From the IMG/VR virus record IMGVR_UViG_3300031565_000174: 35,933 nt of DNA, one strand, 5' to 3'. Source of the DNA: a virus. The notes beneath the pieces are model-generated. The model was not told the origin of the DNA, searched no databases, and saw only the letters and a list, made by a program, of their open reading frames with translations. Numbering within the stretch: the stretch's first letter is position 1; each line of letters opens with the position of its first letter. Of the stretch, positions 16,496-23,696 are shown piece after piece. The position numbers and the translations under genes were made by a program.

Positions 16496-18006
16496 TGGCT
16501 TTTCTTCTTCAAAAATGGGATTCATTAACCGAAACCTGGGATGATTTAAGCCAGCAGGCTCAGAAATTCGACCTAGACGTCCATTTGGATATTTTTAATG
16601 TCAGAGAGATCGAATACAACGGCCAGACACTTGTTTTGGATGATGAGAATGCGATCGAGAACGGGGATTATATGCGTTACCGAACAGACGGTTCCGCGGA
16701 GAATTTCGGGAACATGCTTTCTGATATAGATTCGGAGATGTCCCAGGCTTCAGGGCATAACTGGATTGCCGGATCCGGATCGCCGACATTCGATGTCAAT
16801 ACGACTGTTGCTGGTAAAATGTATTATGATGCGGCGGTAGGGTCCGCTAATCAGATTAAGCTGGATCTTCCAAATTTTTTAACGGTCGGAAAGACTTACC
16901 GGATTAAGGTTAAATTGAGATTGAACGCTTCTGGGGGAACAAATGTGATCCGGTTCGGATCCGGGATAGGTGTTGCATCCGATCATTATGTTGAATTTAC
17001 GCCAACTGGAAGCGAAGTAGAATACGAAGATACTTTCACGCCGGTTTCGGGTACCGGGCATGATCAGGATTTTTTTATTTATACCTTGGCTGATTCCAGT
17101 GGCGCTTTTGAGATTGATGATCTGCAGATATATTTGGAAAGTGATCCCGTTCTTTTTTCCGGATATGTGAGCAAGCTTGTTCATAAATTAAAAGCTCAGA
17201 AATATGAATTTGATTTGGTTAATGAAATTGCCGATTTAAAAACAATGGATATACCCAGGGTATTGAGCGGCGCGGATATTAAAGAGCGGCTTTTATATGG
17301 TTTGCCTGATGATTATTCACTGGTAATTATGGATGATATTGCAGAGTTAATGATAGAATCTGCCCCGTCAGGTTATGATTCTATAACATATCCGGGAGAT
17401 GAGGTAACCGGTACCGATTCGAATATTTATACCTGTAAGGCAACCCATGAAGCAGCGGCGGCCAATAAACCGATAACCGGCGGCAGTTGGTCAACATACT
17501 GGGAACTGACCGGCAGTACCGGCGGAACCTGGGAAGAGGGAAAAGAATATTCACCGATGCGTTTTAACGATCTTCTATATGATACCCTGCTGATAGGCAA
17601 TGGAAATGTATCACCGGCCGGTTTGTATGTTTTATATTGTGTCGTCGTTAATCATGAATTAAGATTTTATGGTATCGATACCACAGATTCTCCGACCATT
17701 ATCGATAATCAACATATAGAAGAATGTGAGGAAAGTTTAACTAACGAATTTGTATTTTTAAGCCAGAGCAACAGCATCAATGAAGATCTAAGGGGGGCCG
17801 GCGGATTAACAACCGGTGCTTATGGTTATGTAAAATGGCAGATCAAAACACATAAAATAATGACCACTTACGGGGCCGAAATAATGGACAATATCGGTTG
17901 TGCCCGTCCGGGCGGCGGAGATCCGATAAGTGGTATTATTACTGGTATCGAAAAAGATGGTTCGATGTTTACTTATGAGTTGATTTATATGGAAGAGGTA
18001 CCATAA
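16495..18006 (+). CDS. Distal tail / receptor-binding protein with carbohydrate-binding-like modules
   Basis: ATG overlaps the tape measure stop. Residues ~85-215 look like a CBM4/9-type beta-sandwich. YPGDEVTGTDSNIYTCKATHEAAAANKPITGGSWSTYWELTG resembles a CBM5/12 chitin-binding-type module. Confidence 0.45.
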   Translation: MAFLLQKWDSLTETWDDLSQQAQKFDLDVHLDIFNVREIEYNGQTLVLDDENAIENGDYMRYRTDGSAENFGNMLSDIDSEMSQASGHNWIAGSGSPTFDVNTTVAGKMYYDAAVGSANQIKLDLPNFLTVGKTYRIKVKLRLNASGGTNVIRFGSGIGVASDHYVEFTPTGSEVEYEDTFTPVSGTGHDQDFFIYTLADSSGAFEIDDLQIYLESDPVLFSGYVSKLVHKLKAQKYEFDLVNEIADLKTMDIPRVLSGADIKERLLYGLPDDYSLVIMDDIAELMIESAPSGYDSITYPGDEVTGTDSNIYTCKATHEAAAANKPITGGSWSTYWELTGSTGGTWEEGKEYSPMRFNDLLYDTLLIGNGNVSPAGLYVLYCVVVNHELRFYGIDTTDSPTIIDNQHIEECEESLTNEFVFLSQSNSINEDLRGAGGLTTGAYGYVKWQIKTHKIMTTYGAEIMDNIGCARPGGGDPISGIITGIEKDGSMFTYELIYMEEVP

Positions 18007-18338
18007 TGGAAACAGTCGGTTTTAAACATGCATCCGGGGATCCTTCCTTCACGGAATTCGATGCGGTTTTGGTTATTCCGGACTGGGATGTTCAAAATAC
18101 AATATATAGTGATATCAATGATAATTTAAGAAAGATTGTAGATGTCAAGCATAAGGTCTGGAAAATTACATTCGCCGCCATCGATGTTAGTGGACAAGAT
18201 TTTCTTATTGATATGAAGGGTGAGGAAGCGCCGCAAATGTATTATGATTCGGCGACTTATAATATCCGGGTACTTGAATCTAACATAAAACATATCGGTT
18301 CAATGATAACGGTATCAAAGGTTGAAAAAACAACATGA
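18006..18338 (+). CDS. Hypothetical tail-associated protein (110 aa)
   Basis: Start-stop overlaps (ATAATG / ATGA) couple it to both neighbours. Confidence 0.6.
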   Translation: METVGFKHASGDPSFTEFDAVLVIPDWDVQNTIYSDINDNLRKIVDVKHKVWKITFAAIDVSGQDFLIDMKGEEAPQMYYDSATYNIRVLESNIKHIGSMITVSKVEKTT

Positions 18339-18712
18339 AAGGGAGACTCCAATATTGTGATACTGAACTGGGGACCTATGAAGATGTCGGGACCATCAGG
18401 ACAAAGAAAAATCAGGATTATAAGATTGAAGCGATTACCGGTAAAAATCGTATTGAAGAGGTTGAAGTTCTTGGTTTTCGTGTCTCCGTACGGGCTCTGG
18501 CACTTGAATTAGATCCGAATTTCCTGGATCAGAATATTTGGTATTTTAAGGTTTGTTTTCCAGACATATCAATTAAATTTGGGCAGCGTCCTTATACGAT
18601 TGATTATGACGGGCTGCTCCGAATTCATGAAATTGAATATCATACGGTTGAGATCAGTTTTACAATTGATGCTGATGAATATTCATCATATGCACTTAGC
18701 CGGCATCCTTAA
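18335..18712 (+). CDS. Hypothetical protein, paralog A of a tandem pair (125 aa)
   Basis: Roughly 60-65 percent identical by eye to the next ORF (MKGRLQYCDTELGTYEDVGTIRTKKNQDYKIEA... versus MKGILQYCATEDGTYKNVGTIRSAKNQDYRIEA...). Confidence 0.65.
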   Translation: MKGRLQYCDTELGTYEDVGTIRTKKNQDYKIEAITGKNRIEEVEVLGFRVSVRALALELDPNFLDQNIWYFKVCFPDISIKFGQRPYTIDYDGLLRIHEIEYHTVEISFTIDADEYSSYALSRHP

Positions 18713-18741
18713 ATAAATATTTTTTTAAATGGAAATTAATA

Positions 18742-19176
18742 ATGAAAGGAATATTACAATACTGTGCAACCGAAGACGGAACATATAAAAATGTGGGAAC
18801 GATCCGATCGGCTAAAAATCAGGATTACCGGATTGAAGCAGTTACCGCTAAAAACCGCATTGAGGAAGTTGAGGCGCTGGCCAGTCGTGTTTATGTCCGT
18901 GCCTTGTGCCTTGAATTAAATGATGATTTTTTAGACCAGGATGAATGGTTCTTCCGGATTGCTTATTTTGATGACCTGGTCATGGTTAAATTGGGAGAGC
19001 ATCCTTATACTATTGATTATGATGGATTACTCCGTTTTAACCAAATTGAATATCATACGGTTGAAATCAGTTTTACTATTAATTTTGATGAATATGATTA
19101 CTATGGAGATACGGAACCGCTACCGGAAGAGGAGGGCGGTATTATTGTTGAGGATGATGATATTTATATAGAATGA
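18742..19176 (+). CDS. Hypothetical protein, paralog B of a tandem pair (144 aa) with acidic C-terminal extension
   Basis: See paralog A. The tail is TEPLPEEEGGIIVEDDDIYIE. Confidence 0.65.
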   Translation: MKGILQYCATEDGTYKNVGTIRSAKNQDYRIEAVTAKNRIEEVEALASRVYVRALCLELNDDFLDQDEWFFRIAYFDDLVMVKLGEHPYTIDYDGLLRFNQIEYHTVEISFTINFDEYDYYGDTEPLPEEEGGIIVEDDDIYIE

Positions 19177-19184
19177 ATCTAACT

Positions 19185-19817
19185 TTACCAATTTCTAGGT
19201 TTTGAAATTCTTTTACCATTGCTTAATATAAATGGATTTTTGAATTGAAAATTTATATATTTTGTTGGTTTTATTAAGAAATAATTACCATCAACAAGTT
19301 GACCCAATTCTTTGTTTTTTCTTCTATATGGGAAGATAAAGTAAGTAATTTTACCTGGATAAACATCCTTTGCTAATTTTATTATAGGGACCAAGTCAGT
19401 ATCGCCTGAAACAATTACTGCCGATTCACATTCATTTTTCATATATATTTCTATTAATTTTGCTGCTACTGCTACATCTGTTTCTTTTTCTTCATGACGT
19501 AAAATAGTTGAAGCACAGTTTGGGCAAGTAATTTCTTTTTCTTTAAATCTATTCTCCTCACAAATTACACCGGTTTCTTTTAAGCATCTAATATATTTTC
19601 TATGCTTATGAACATTTCGAGGACCTGTATGGTGAGCTAGGGCTGTAAAATAGTAAACATTATTAATCACTGCGTCTTTTGAAATATGTGGTAGATAAGA
19701 TTGGACAAGAGATTTAATATCAAGCCATTTCGTTGAAGCGCCGGCTAAATATTTACCGGCTTCCCTCAAGGAGTGATAAAGATTAAATCCGTCGATTATG
19801 AAATTTATTCTATTCAT
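19185..19817 (-). CDS. NYN-domain (LabA/DUF88-like) putative ribonuclease with Cys-rich insert
   Basis: From ATG 19817: MNRINFIIDGFNLYHSL...EKETDVAVAAKLIEIYMKNECESAVIVSGDTDLVPIIKLAKDVYPGKITYFIF matches the NYN/PIN-like acidic motifs (IDGxN ... D ... SGDxD). The insert carries CPNC. Confidence 0.65.
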   Translation of the reverse strand: MNRINFIIDGFNLYHSLREAGKYLAGASTKWLDIKSLVQSYLPHISKDAVINNVYYFTALAHHTGPRNVHKHRKYIRCLKETGVICEENRFKEKEITCPNCASTILRHEEKETDVAVAAKLIEIYMKNECESAVIVSGDTDLVPIIKLAKDVYPGKITYFIFPYRRKNKELGQLVDGNYFLIKPTKYINFQFKNPFILSNGKRISKPRNW

Positions 19818-19819
19818 AA

Positions 19820-19871
19820 TAAAAAACCCTTTGGATCGTAACCCAAAGGGGGCCAAGTGTGAACCACTTGG
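19820..19871 (-). terminator. Leader with two hairpins; the proximal one is terminator-like and sequesters the RBS-like AAAGGG just upstream of the NYN start
   Basis: Minus strand reads CCAAGTG-gttca-CACTTGG, then CCCTTTGG-gttacgat-CCAAAGGG, then TTTTTTATT, then ATG (19817). Confidence 0.5.
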
Positions 19872-19883
19872 GGATGATGGCTA

Positions 19884-19913
19884 AATATAATAGAATTACT
19901 TAACATATGTCAA
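19884..19913 (-). promoter_or_regulatory. Sigma-70-like promoter on the minus strand (TTGACA, 17-18 nt spacer, TTATAT/TATATT)
   Basis: Reverse complement of 19908-19913 is TTGACA. Reverse complement of 19884-19890 contains TATATT/TTATAT. Confidence 0.45.
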
Positions 19914-19964
19914 GTAATAAAATGACATCGTGCAATTTTCTAGTTATAAAGCACATCTGAATTA

Positions 19965-20507
19965 TTAATGAGCTTTCGATATTTTTTCATAAAATTCCCT
20001 AAACCCTGGTCTTGCCGTCGTAGGAGCATCAGAGGAAAACTCTCCTTCAACAAATTCTTTATCTAAATCAATTTTAACTAATACCTTTTTACCTTCGATT
20101 AATTGCTTTATAAATTTTTTAGATATTAAATAATCTTTTGAAGACCAACTTGTCGAGGATACATGTGTATATTTATCATAAATTCCTGGATCTATTTCTA
20201 TATCAGTAATTTCATCAAATGATTCCATTGAAATAAATTCGCCATCAATATTAAAATGTAATGATTTACCTTTTGAAAAATTACTTATGCCTTTAACAAT
20301 TGCGGTTAATATTACTGAAGAATCAGGCATTTTACTCGAATGGAATAGGCCTAATTTCATAGGACTACTATATAACCATGCCGGTTCCATTTGTATCATT
20401 CTTGTACCATCAAAATCCGAGACACTTTCAGATACCCAGCCTGGACCCCCAGGTATTGTATAACATGAAAATATAAAAGGAATTATTAAAATAATTAAAA
20501 ATTTCAT
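19965..20507 (-). CDS. Lipoprotein (180 aa), candidate lysogenic-conversion / superinfection-exclusion factor
   Basis: MKFLIILIIPFIFSC has a lipobox-like IFSC. It lies immediately downstream of the repressor on the same strand. Confidence 0.6.
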   Translation of the reverse strand: MKFLIILIIPFIFSCYTIPGGPGWVSESVSDFDGTRMIQMEPAWLYSSPMKLGLFHSSKMPDSSVILTAIVKGISNFSKGKSLHFNIDGEFISMESFDEITDIEIDPGIYDKYTHVSSTSWSSKDYLISKKFIKQLIEGKKVLVKIDLDKEFVEGEFSSDAPTTARPGFREFYEKISKAH

Positions 20508-20522
20508 GATTTTAACTTTAGT

Positions 20523-20966
20523 TTAATCCATATATTTTTTGTTTTTCCCATCACCATCATCGAGGTAAATATTTTCTTTTTCGATATCAAACATGGCGCA
20601 TGTAACTCTTAATAATTTTTCTCTATGGTCCGGAGGAAGACTTGAAACGATATGTAATATCTCTTCCACATATGGTTTTCTAAAAACACCGCGTTTTTCA
20701 TTTTCACTAAAGGGAGAAAATGGCTCAATTACAATTAAAGTTTTTTCATTATTAATTTCCGGGGATCCTTCACCGGTAATCAACCAGTTAAAATTTATAT
20801 TCTCGCATTTGGAAAATATTAAATTCCAATCAATTTTATTTCTTTTTTTCCAGGACGATAAAGTATTTGATGCTAATCCTAGAAATTCACTTAATTTATT
20901 GTATTTTTTAAATTTATATATTTGCATCAAACGATCAATTACCAATTCAGCTAATACTTTTTCCAT
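20523..20966 (-). CDS. CI-type phage repressor (Phage_CI_repr HTH family), no S24 peptidase domain
   Basis: KKYNKLSEFLGLASNTLSSWKKRNKIDWNLIFSKCENINFNWLITGEG matches the recalled CI-repressor HTH family signature (...S.W..R...P......dWLl.G.G). It is divergent from the early operon. Confidence 0.7.
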   Translation of the reverse strand: MEKVLAELVIDRLMQIYKFKKYNKLSEFLGLASNTLSSWKKRNKIDWNLIFSKCENINFNWLITGEGSPEINNEKTLIVIEPFSPFSENEKRGVFRKPYVEEILHIVSSLPPDHREKLLRVTCAMFDIEKENIYLDDGDGKNKKYMD

Positions 20967-20994
20967 AAAATCTCTCTATATGCGAATATTTATC

Positions 20995-21023
20995 TTGACT
21001 TTCTCGCATGATGCGATTATATT
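20995..21023 (+). promoter_or_regulatory. Rightward early promoter candidate: TTGACT (20995-21000), 17 nt, TATATT (21018-21023)
   Basis: Read directly. A minus-strand TATAAT (reverse complement of 21016-21021) overlaps it, as expected for a divergent switch. Confidence 0.5.
21004..21016. promoter_or_regulatory. Operator candidate: perfect 13-bp palindrome TCGCATgATGCGA inside the promoter spacer
   Basis: Read directly. A degenerate copy (TCTCTATATGCGA) lies at 20973-20985, 31 bp away centre to centre. Confidence 0.5.
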
Positions 21024-21083
21024 TATCCAGTCTTATTTAATTCCTTGACCCATTTGGGTTACGAATTGATCTTTGAAAATAAA

Positions 21084-21345
21084 GCCGGCAGGAACAGCCT
21101 GTGTCATTCGTTTTAACAGCTAGGTTCACTAACAAATGCGACCAAGCATTTGCTAAACCTATGATCATGCTGCTAATCGGTAACTCTAAAAAACCATTCC
21201 GAAACCTATCTCAGAGTATTAATACTCTTCGAGGAGCCTGCCATTCATTCCTATTGATAAAGGGTAGGGCGACCGGGAGATTATTTTATAGGACGGATCC
21301 TATAAAAGGTGATCCCCTTCAAGTCCACTTCCGGTTCCTGCCGGC
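21084..21345 (+). ncRNA. Candidate structured RNA (independent ncRNA or long 5' leader of the early operon); class not recognised
   Basis: A 12-bp closing helix pairs GCCGGCAGGAAC (21084-21095) with GTTCCTGCCGGC (21334-21345). Internal perfect hairpins lie at 21133-21152 (7 bp), 21213-21228 (8 bp) and 21284-21307 (9 bp). The only ORF is GTG-started (21101-21367), and the segment is GC-richer than its flanks. Confidence 0.3.
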
Positions 21346-21419
21346 GCTAAGGGCTTCGCTATTTTAGATCATCGGCATATAGGATATTGAATCAATTAAC
21401 AATTTTTAAGGACCATCTT

Positions 21420-21638
21420 ATGGACGAAATAAAAAAATTCAGAATCGCTTTACTCTATTCCGATCTTGATTATGAAACTTTCGGCAAGATCCATGGCGTT
21501 GGAAAACAGAATGTATATGCAACGGTACGGGCCATGAAGATTGGTATACCGCAATCTGCCAGGATCCGGGAAGCGATCAAGAATTTTACCAGGGAGCAGT
21601 TAATCCTTCTGCGTTATGCCATCGATAAGGCTGCCTGA
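21420..21638 (+). CDS. Cro-like small HTH regulator (72 aa from ATG 21420; TTG 21387 also possible)
   Basis: AAGGA lies 8 nt upstream of ATG 21420. YETFGKIHGVGKQNVYATVRA looks like an HTH. First gene of the rightward operon. Confidence 0.55.
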   Translation: MDEIKKFRIALLYSDLDYETFGKIHGVGKQNVYATVRAMKIGIPQSARIREAIKNFTREQLILLRYAIDKAA

Positions 21639-21646
21639 TACCCGTG

Positions 21647-21664
21647 AATATAATATATTATATT
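21647..21664. promoter_or_regulatory. Perfect 18-bp AT-only palindrome AATATAATATATTATATT
   Basis: Verified by reverse-complementing by hand. It lies in the intergenic gap between the cro-like and CII-like genes. Confidence 0.3.
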
Positions 21665-21757
21665 TACGCTGTCAATATTAATCGGGAAGTTTCCACCTTA
21701 GTAAAAGGTAAGACAGCTTCCGTTAAAATGAAATTATAATTTTGGGAGAGATTATAA

Positions 21758-22213
21758 ATGGATTATGAAAATCTGGCTGAATGGCAGGTCGTCAGCGAGA
21801 TCCTGCACAACAACCCCGAAAGTTTAACCGTACTTCAAATTGCCAACCGCCTGGGTATTACCGACATTAACGTATACAAATGGGGCCAGGATCCGGAGTT
21901 TTCTGGTACTGTGATGCCTAAAAAGTATGAAATCCCATTCTCAAATGTAACCGGCGATAAACGTCTATTCGAATGGAAGGCCTCACAGATCGGATACCGG
22001 TTAAAGCCGCTTGAGATCGGCGCCGTAAATAAAGATGATATTTTTACCCAGTTCCTCGATGCCGGCAATCTCTTAGGTAAAGCAATGGGCGAACTTAAAA
22101 TATCTCTGGTTGACGGGAAATTAGACGATAGTGATAAGATGAAATTGCGGACCGTGCTTGATGTACTGATCAGGCACTGCCAGGGTATAAAAGATTCAAT
22201 CGGAGCATTATAA
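21758..22213 (+). CDS. HTH regulatory protein, CII (CP76)-like
   Basis: N-terminal HTH LTVLQIANRLGITDINVYKWGQD. C-terminal LVDGKLDDSDKMKLRTVLDVLIRHCQGI resembles the DGxIxxxE helix of the Phage_CP76 family. Memory only. Confidence 0.4.
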   Translation: MDYENLAEWQVVSEILHNNPESLTVLQIANRLGITDINVYKWGQDPEFSGTVMPKKYEIPFSNVTGDKRLFEWKASQIGYRLKPLEIGAVNKDDIFTQFLDAGNLLGKAMGELKISLVDGKLDDSDKMKLRTVLDVLIRHCQGIKDSIGAL

Positions 22214-22890
22214 TGCCCTTAAAATACAACCTAAATTTACTAAAAGAAAAATTCTCACTCACCACCGCTGAAATCGAAAGTTTTATCGATAACGGTTTGC
22301 TGATACCGGACGGCTGGAATCAGCTCAAACCCACGGTCCAGGATCTGATCATAAAGGATGGATTCGTAAGCCAGATCTGGTCCGCTAAAGAAGTTGAAAG
22401 ATTCGATCGCATTATCAATCAAGTCAAAGATAAACACCTCCATTTTTATCATATCGTAAATACCAGGCTGAATGAAATTGACGCCGGTTTCCAGGATAGT
22501 TATGAACAGATTTACAAATCAATCAATAAACTCCGCTATGATTTTAATAAACTGCGATCGAGAATCGAACGTAAAGAAATTATGATTGATATAGAATATT
22601 TTTGCCAGATGACCGGAATGTCCAAACAGACATTTTATAACACGAAGGTATATCTCGATAATAAAAAGCTCGTCTGCAGATTAAAAAAGACAGTTTACAA
22701 AGATCTGATATGGTACAAAATCAAAGGGACCTGGCAGACACCACTTATAAACTTTGAAGAGATCCGCAGCGGGTTTACTTATGAACTCTGGCTGGATGAG
22801 AAAAAAAGGCGCGGGGAATTTATCCCAGCCTTAAATGCCAGCATCGAGGAGATTATAAAACTGGATAAGAACATCGGTAAAAGTGAGTAA
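22213..22890 (+). CDS. Hypothetical DNA-binding protein with two HTH-like segments (225 aa)
   Basis: LTTAEIESFIDNGLL and IEYFCQMTGMSKQTFYNTKVY look like excisionase/MerR-type HTHs. It has an ATAATG overlap with the upstream gene. Confidence 0.5.
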   Translation: MPLKYNLNLLKEKFSLTTAEIESFIDNGLLIPDGWNQLKPTVQDLIIKDGFVSQIWSAKEVERFDRIINQVKDKHLHFYHIVNTRLNEIDAGFQDSYEQIYKSINKLRYDFNKLRSRIERKEIMIDIEYFCQMTGMSKQTFYNTKVYLDNKKLVCRLKKTVYKDLIWYKIKGTWQTPLINFEEIRSGFTYELWLDEKKRRGEFIPALNASIEEIIKLDKNIGKSE

Positions 22891-22907
22891 CTAAATAAAT
22901 AAATCAA

Positions 22908-23080
22908 GAGGTATATTTTAAAGAGAGGTTTAAAAGGGGAATCTTATTTAAGAGACTTAAAATCAATTAGATAGGCGGAAATAAAGAAGATTGTATACTA
23001 TGAAAATTGTTACATAATATACAATCCGTTAACACCAAACAAATCCCCTTTTAACCTCTTTTAAATCATAAGTATACCTC
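22908..23080. repeat. Nested imperfect inverted repeats in a 237-bp intergenic region
   Basis: Outer pair: GAGGTATA (22908-22915) with TATACCTC (23073-23080). Middle pair: AGAGGTTTAAAAGGGGA (22924-22940) with TCCCCTTTTAACCTCT (23044-23059). Inner pair: GATTGTATA (22989-22997) with TATACAATC (23018-23026). Confidence 0.8.
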
Positions 23081-23127
23081 AGAATTTCTAAAAATTTTTA
23101 AGCTAGTATAGCAGGAGGGTTTTACTT

Positions 23128-23370
23128 ATGACACTACTCCGTGTCTATATTGATGAGCAAAAAAAAGATTACGAAACGGCCGTTTCTATCTTAAAAAATA
23201 CCCTGGAAAAAATAAATCAAAAAGGTATAATCCTAGACAGCGATCAGGAAGAATTAATAATTCATGCCGTCGGTCATTTTAATGAGGATGCTATCTCTAT
23301 TAAAGAATTTCAAGAATTACTCGCTGGATTATTCAGGGATTTCAGCAAAAACCAAAAAGGTGATAAATGA
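23128..23370 (+). CDS. Hypothetical protein (80 aa)
   Basis: RBS AGGAGGG (23112-23118). Confidence 0.6.
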   Translation: MTLLRVYIDEQKKDYETAVSILKNTLEKINQKGIILDSDQEELIIHAVGHFNEDAISIKEFQELLAGLFRDFSKNQKGDK

Positions 23371-23696
23371 AACGTCAGACTATCGGAATTTCGGATGCGG
23401 AAGATTTAGATCTCCAATTAATCACTTATTTCAAATCAAGATTCGGATTTGATATGGCGATCCGTCCGATGAGTAATATAAATATCGGAACGAAGGAAAA
23501 ACCAATATTGGTTGATTGTGATATCAGTAAGCCAGGGAGGTATTACGATCATTTTGCCTGGATTGGGAAACTTGCAGATCAGATCGAAGAGGATCCGGAC
23601 CGGATAGTTTACATTGTTCAGAACGCAGAAGGTGAAAGAGCGGTCGGCGTTAATAGGGTCACTGGTACACGACGACCCGGGAAGGGGGTATCATGA
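23367..23696 (+). CDS. Hypothetical protein (109 aa)
   Basis: ATGA overlap with the upstream gene. No motif recognised. Confidence 0.6.
   Translation: MKRQTIGISDAEDLDLQLITYFKSRFGFDMAIRPMSNINIGTKEKPILVDCDISKPGRYYDHFAWIGKLADQIEEDPDRIVYIVQNAEGERAVGVNRVTGTRRPGKGVS

Noticed and set aside
20593-21048. Plus-strand 151-aa ORF antisense to the CI-like repressor
   Set aside because: It is a mirror frame of a motif-supported gene, and its product is low-complexity with no RBS.
21084-21345. Cobalamin riboswitch, retron msr/msd, tmRNA or RNase P identity for the structured element
   Set aside because: Only the closing ...CCTGCCGGC helix resembles a B12 box, and I could not find the conserved cobalamin core (GCCACUG-type). 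No reverse transcriptase gene exists anywhere in the genome, which argues against a retron. There is no tag ORF, CCA-type 3' end or RNase P conserved-region motifs.
21101-21367. GTG-started 88-aa ORF as a genuine protein gene
   Set aside because: Not fully excluded, since AGGAA lies 6 nt upstream. It is disfavoured because the segment is densely packed with perfect stems, including a 12-bp helix enclosing the whole ORF, and the product has no recognisable features. I kept it as the alternative to the RNA hypothesis.
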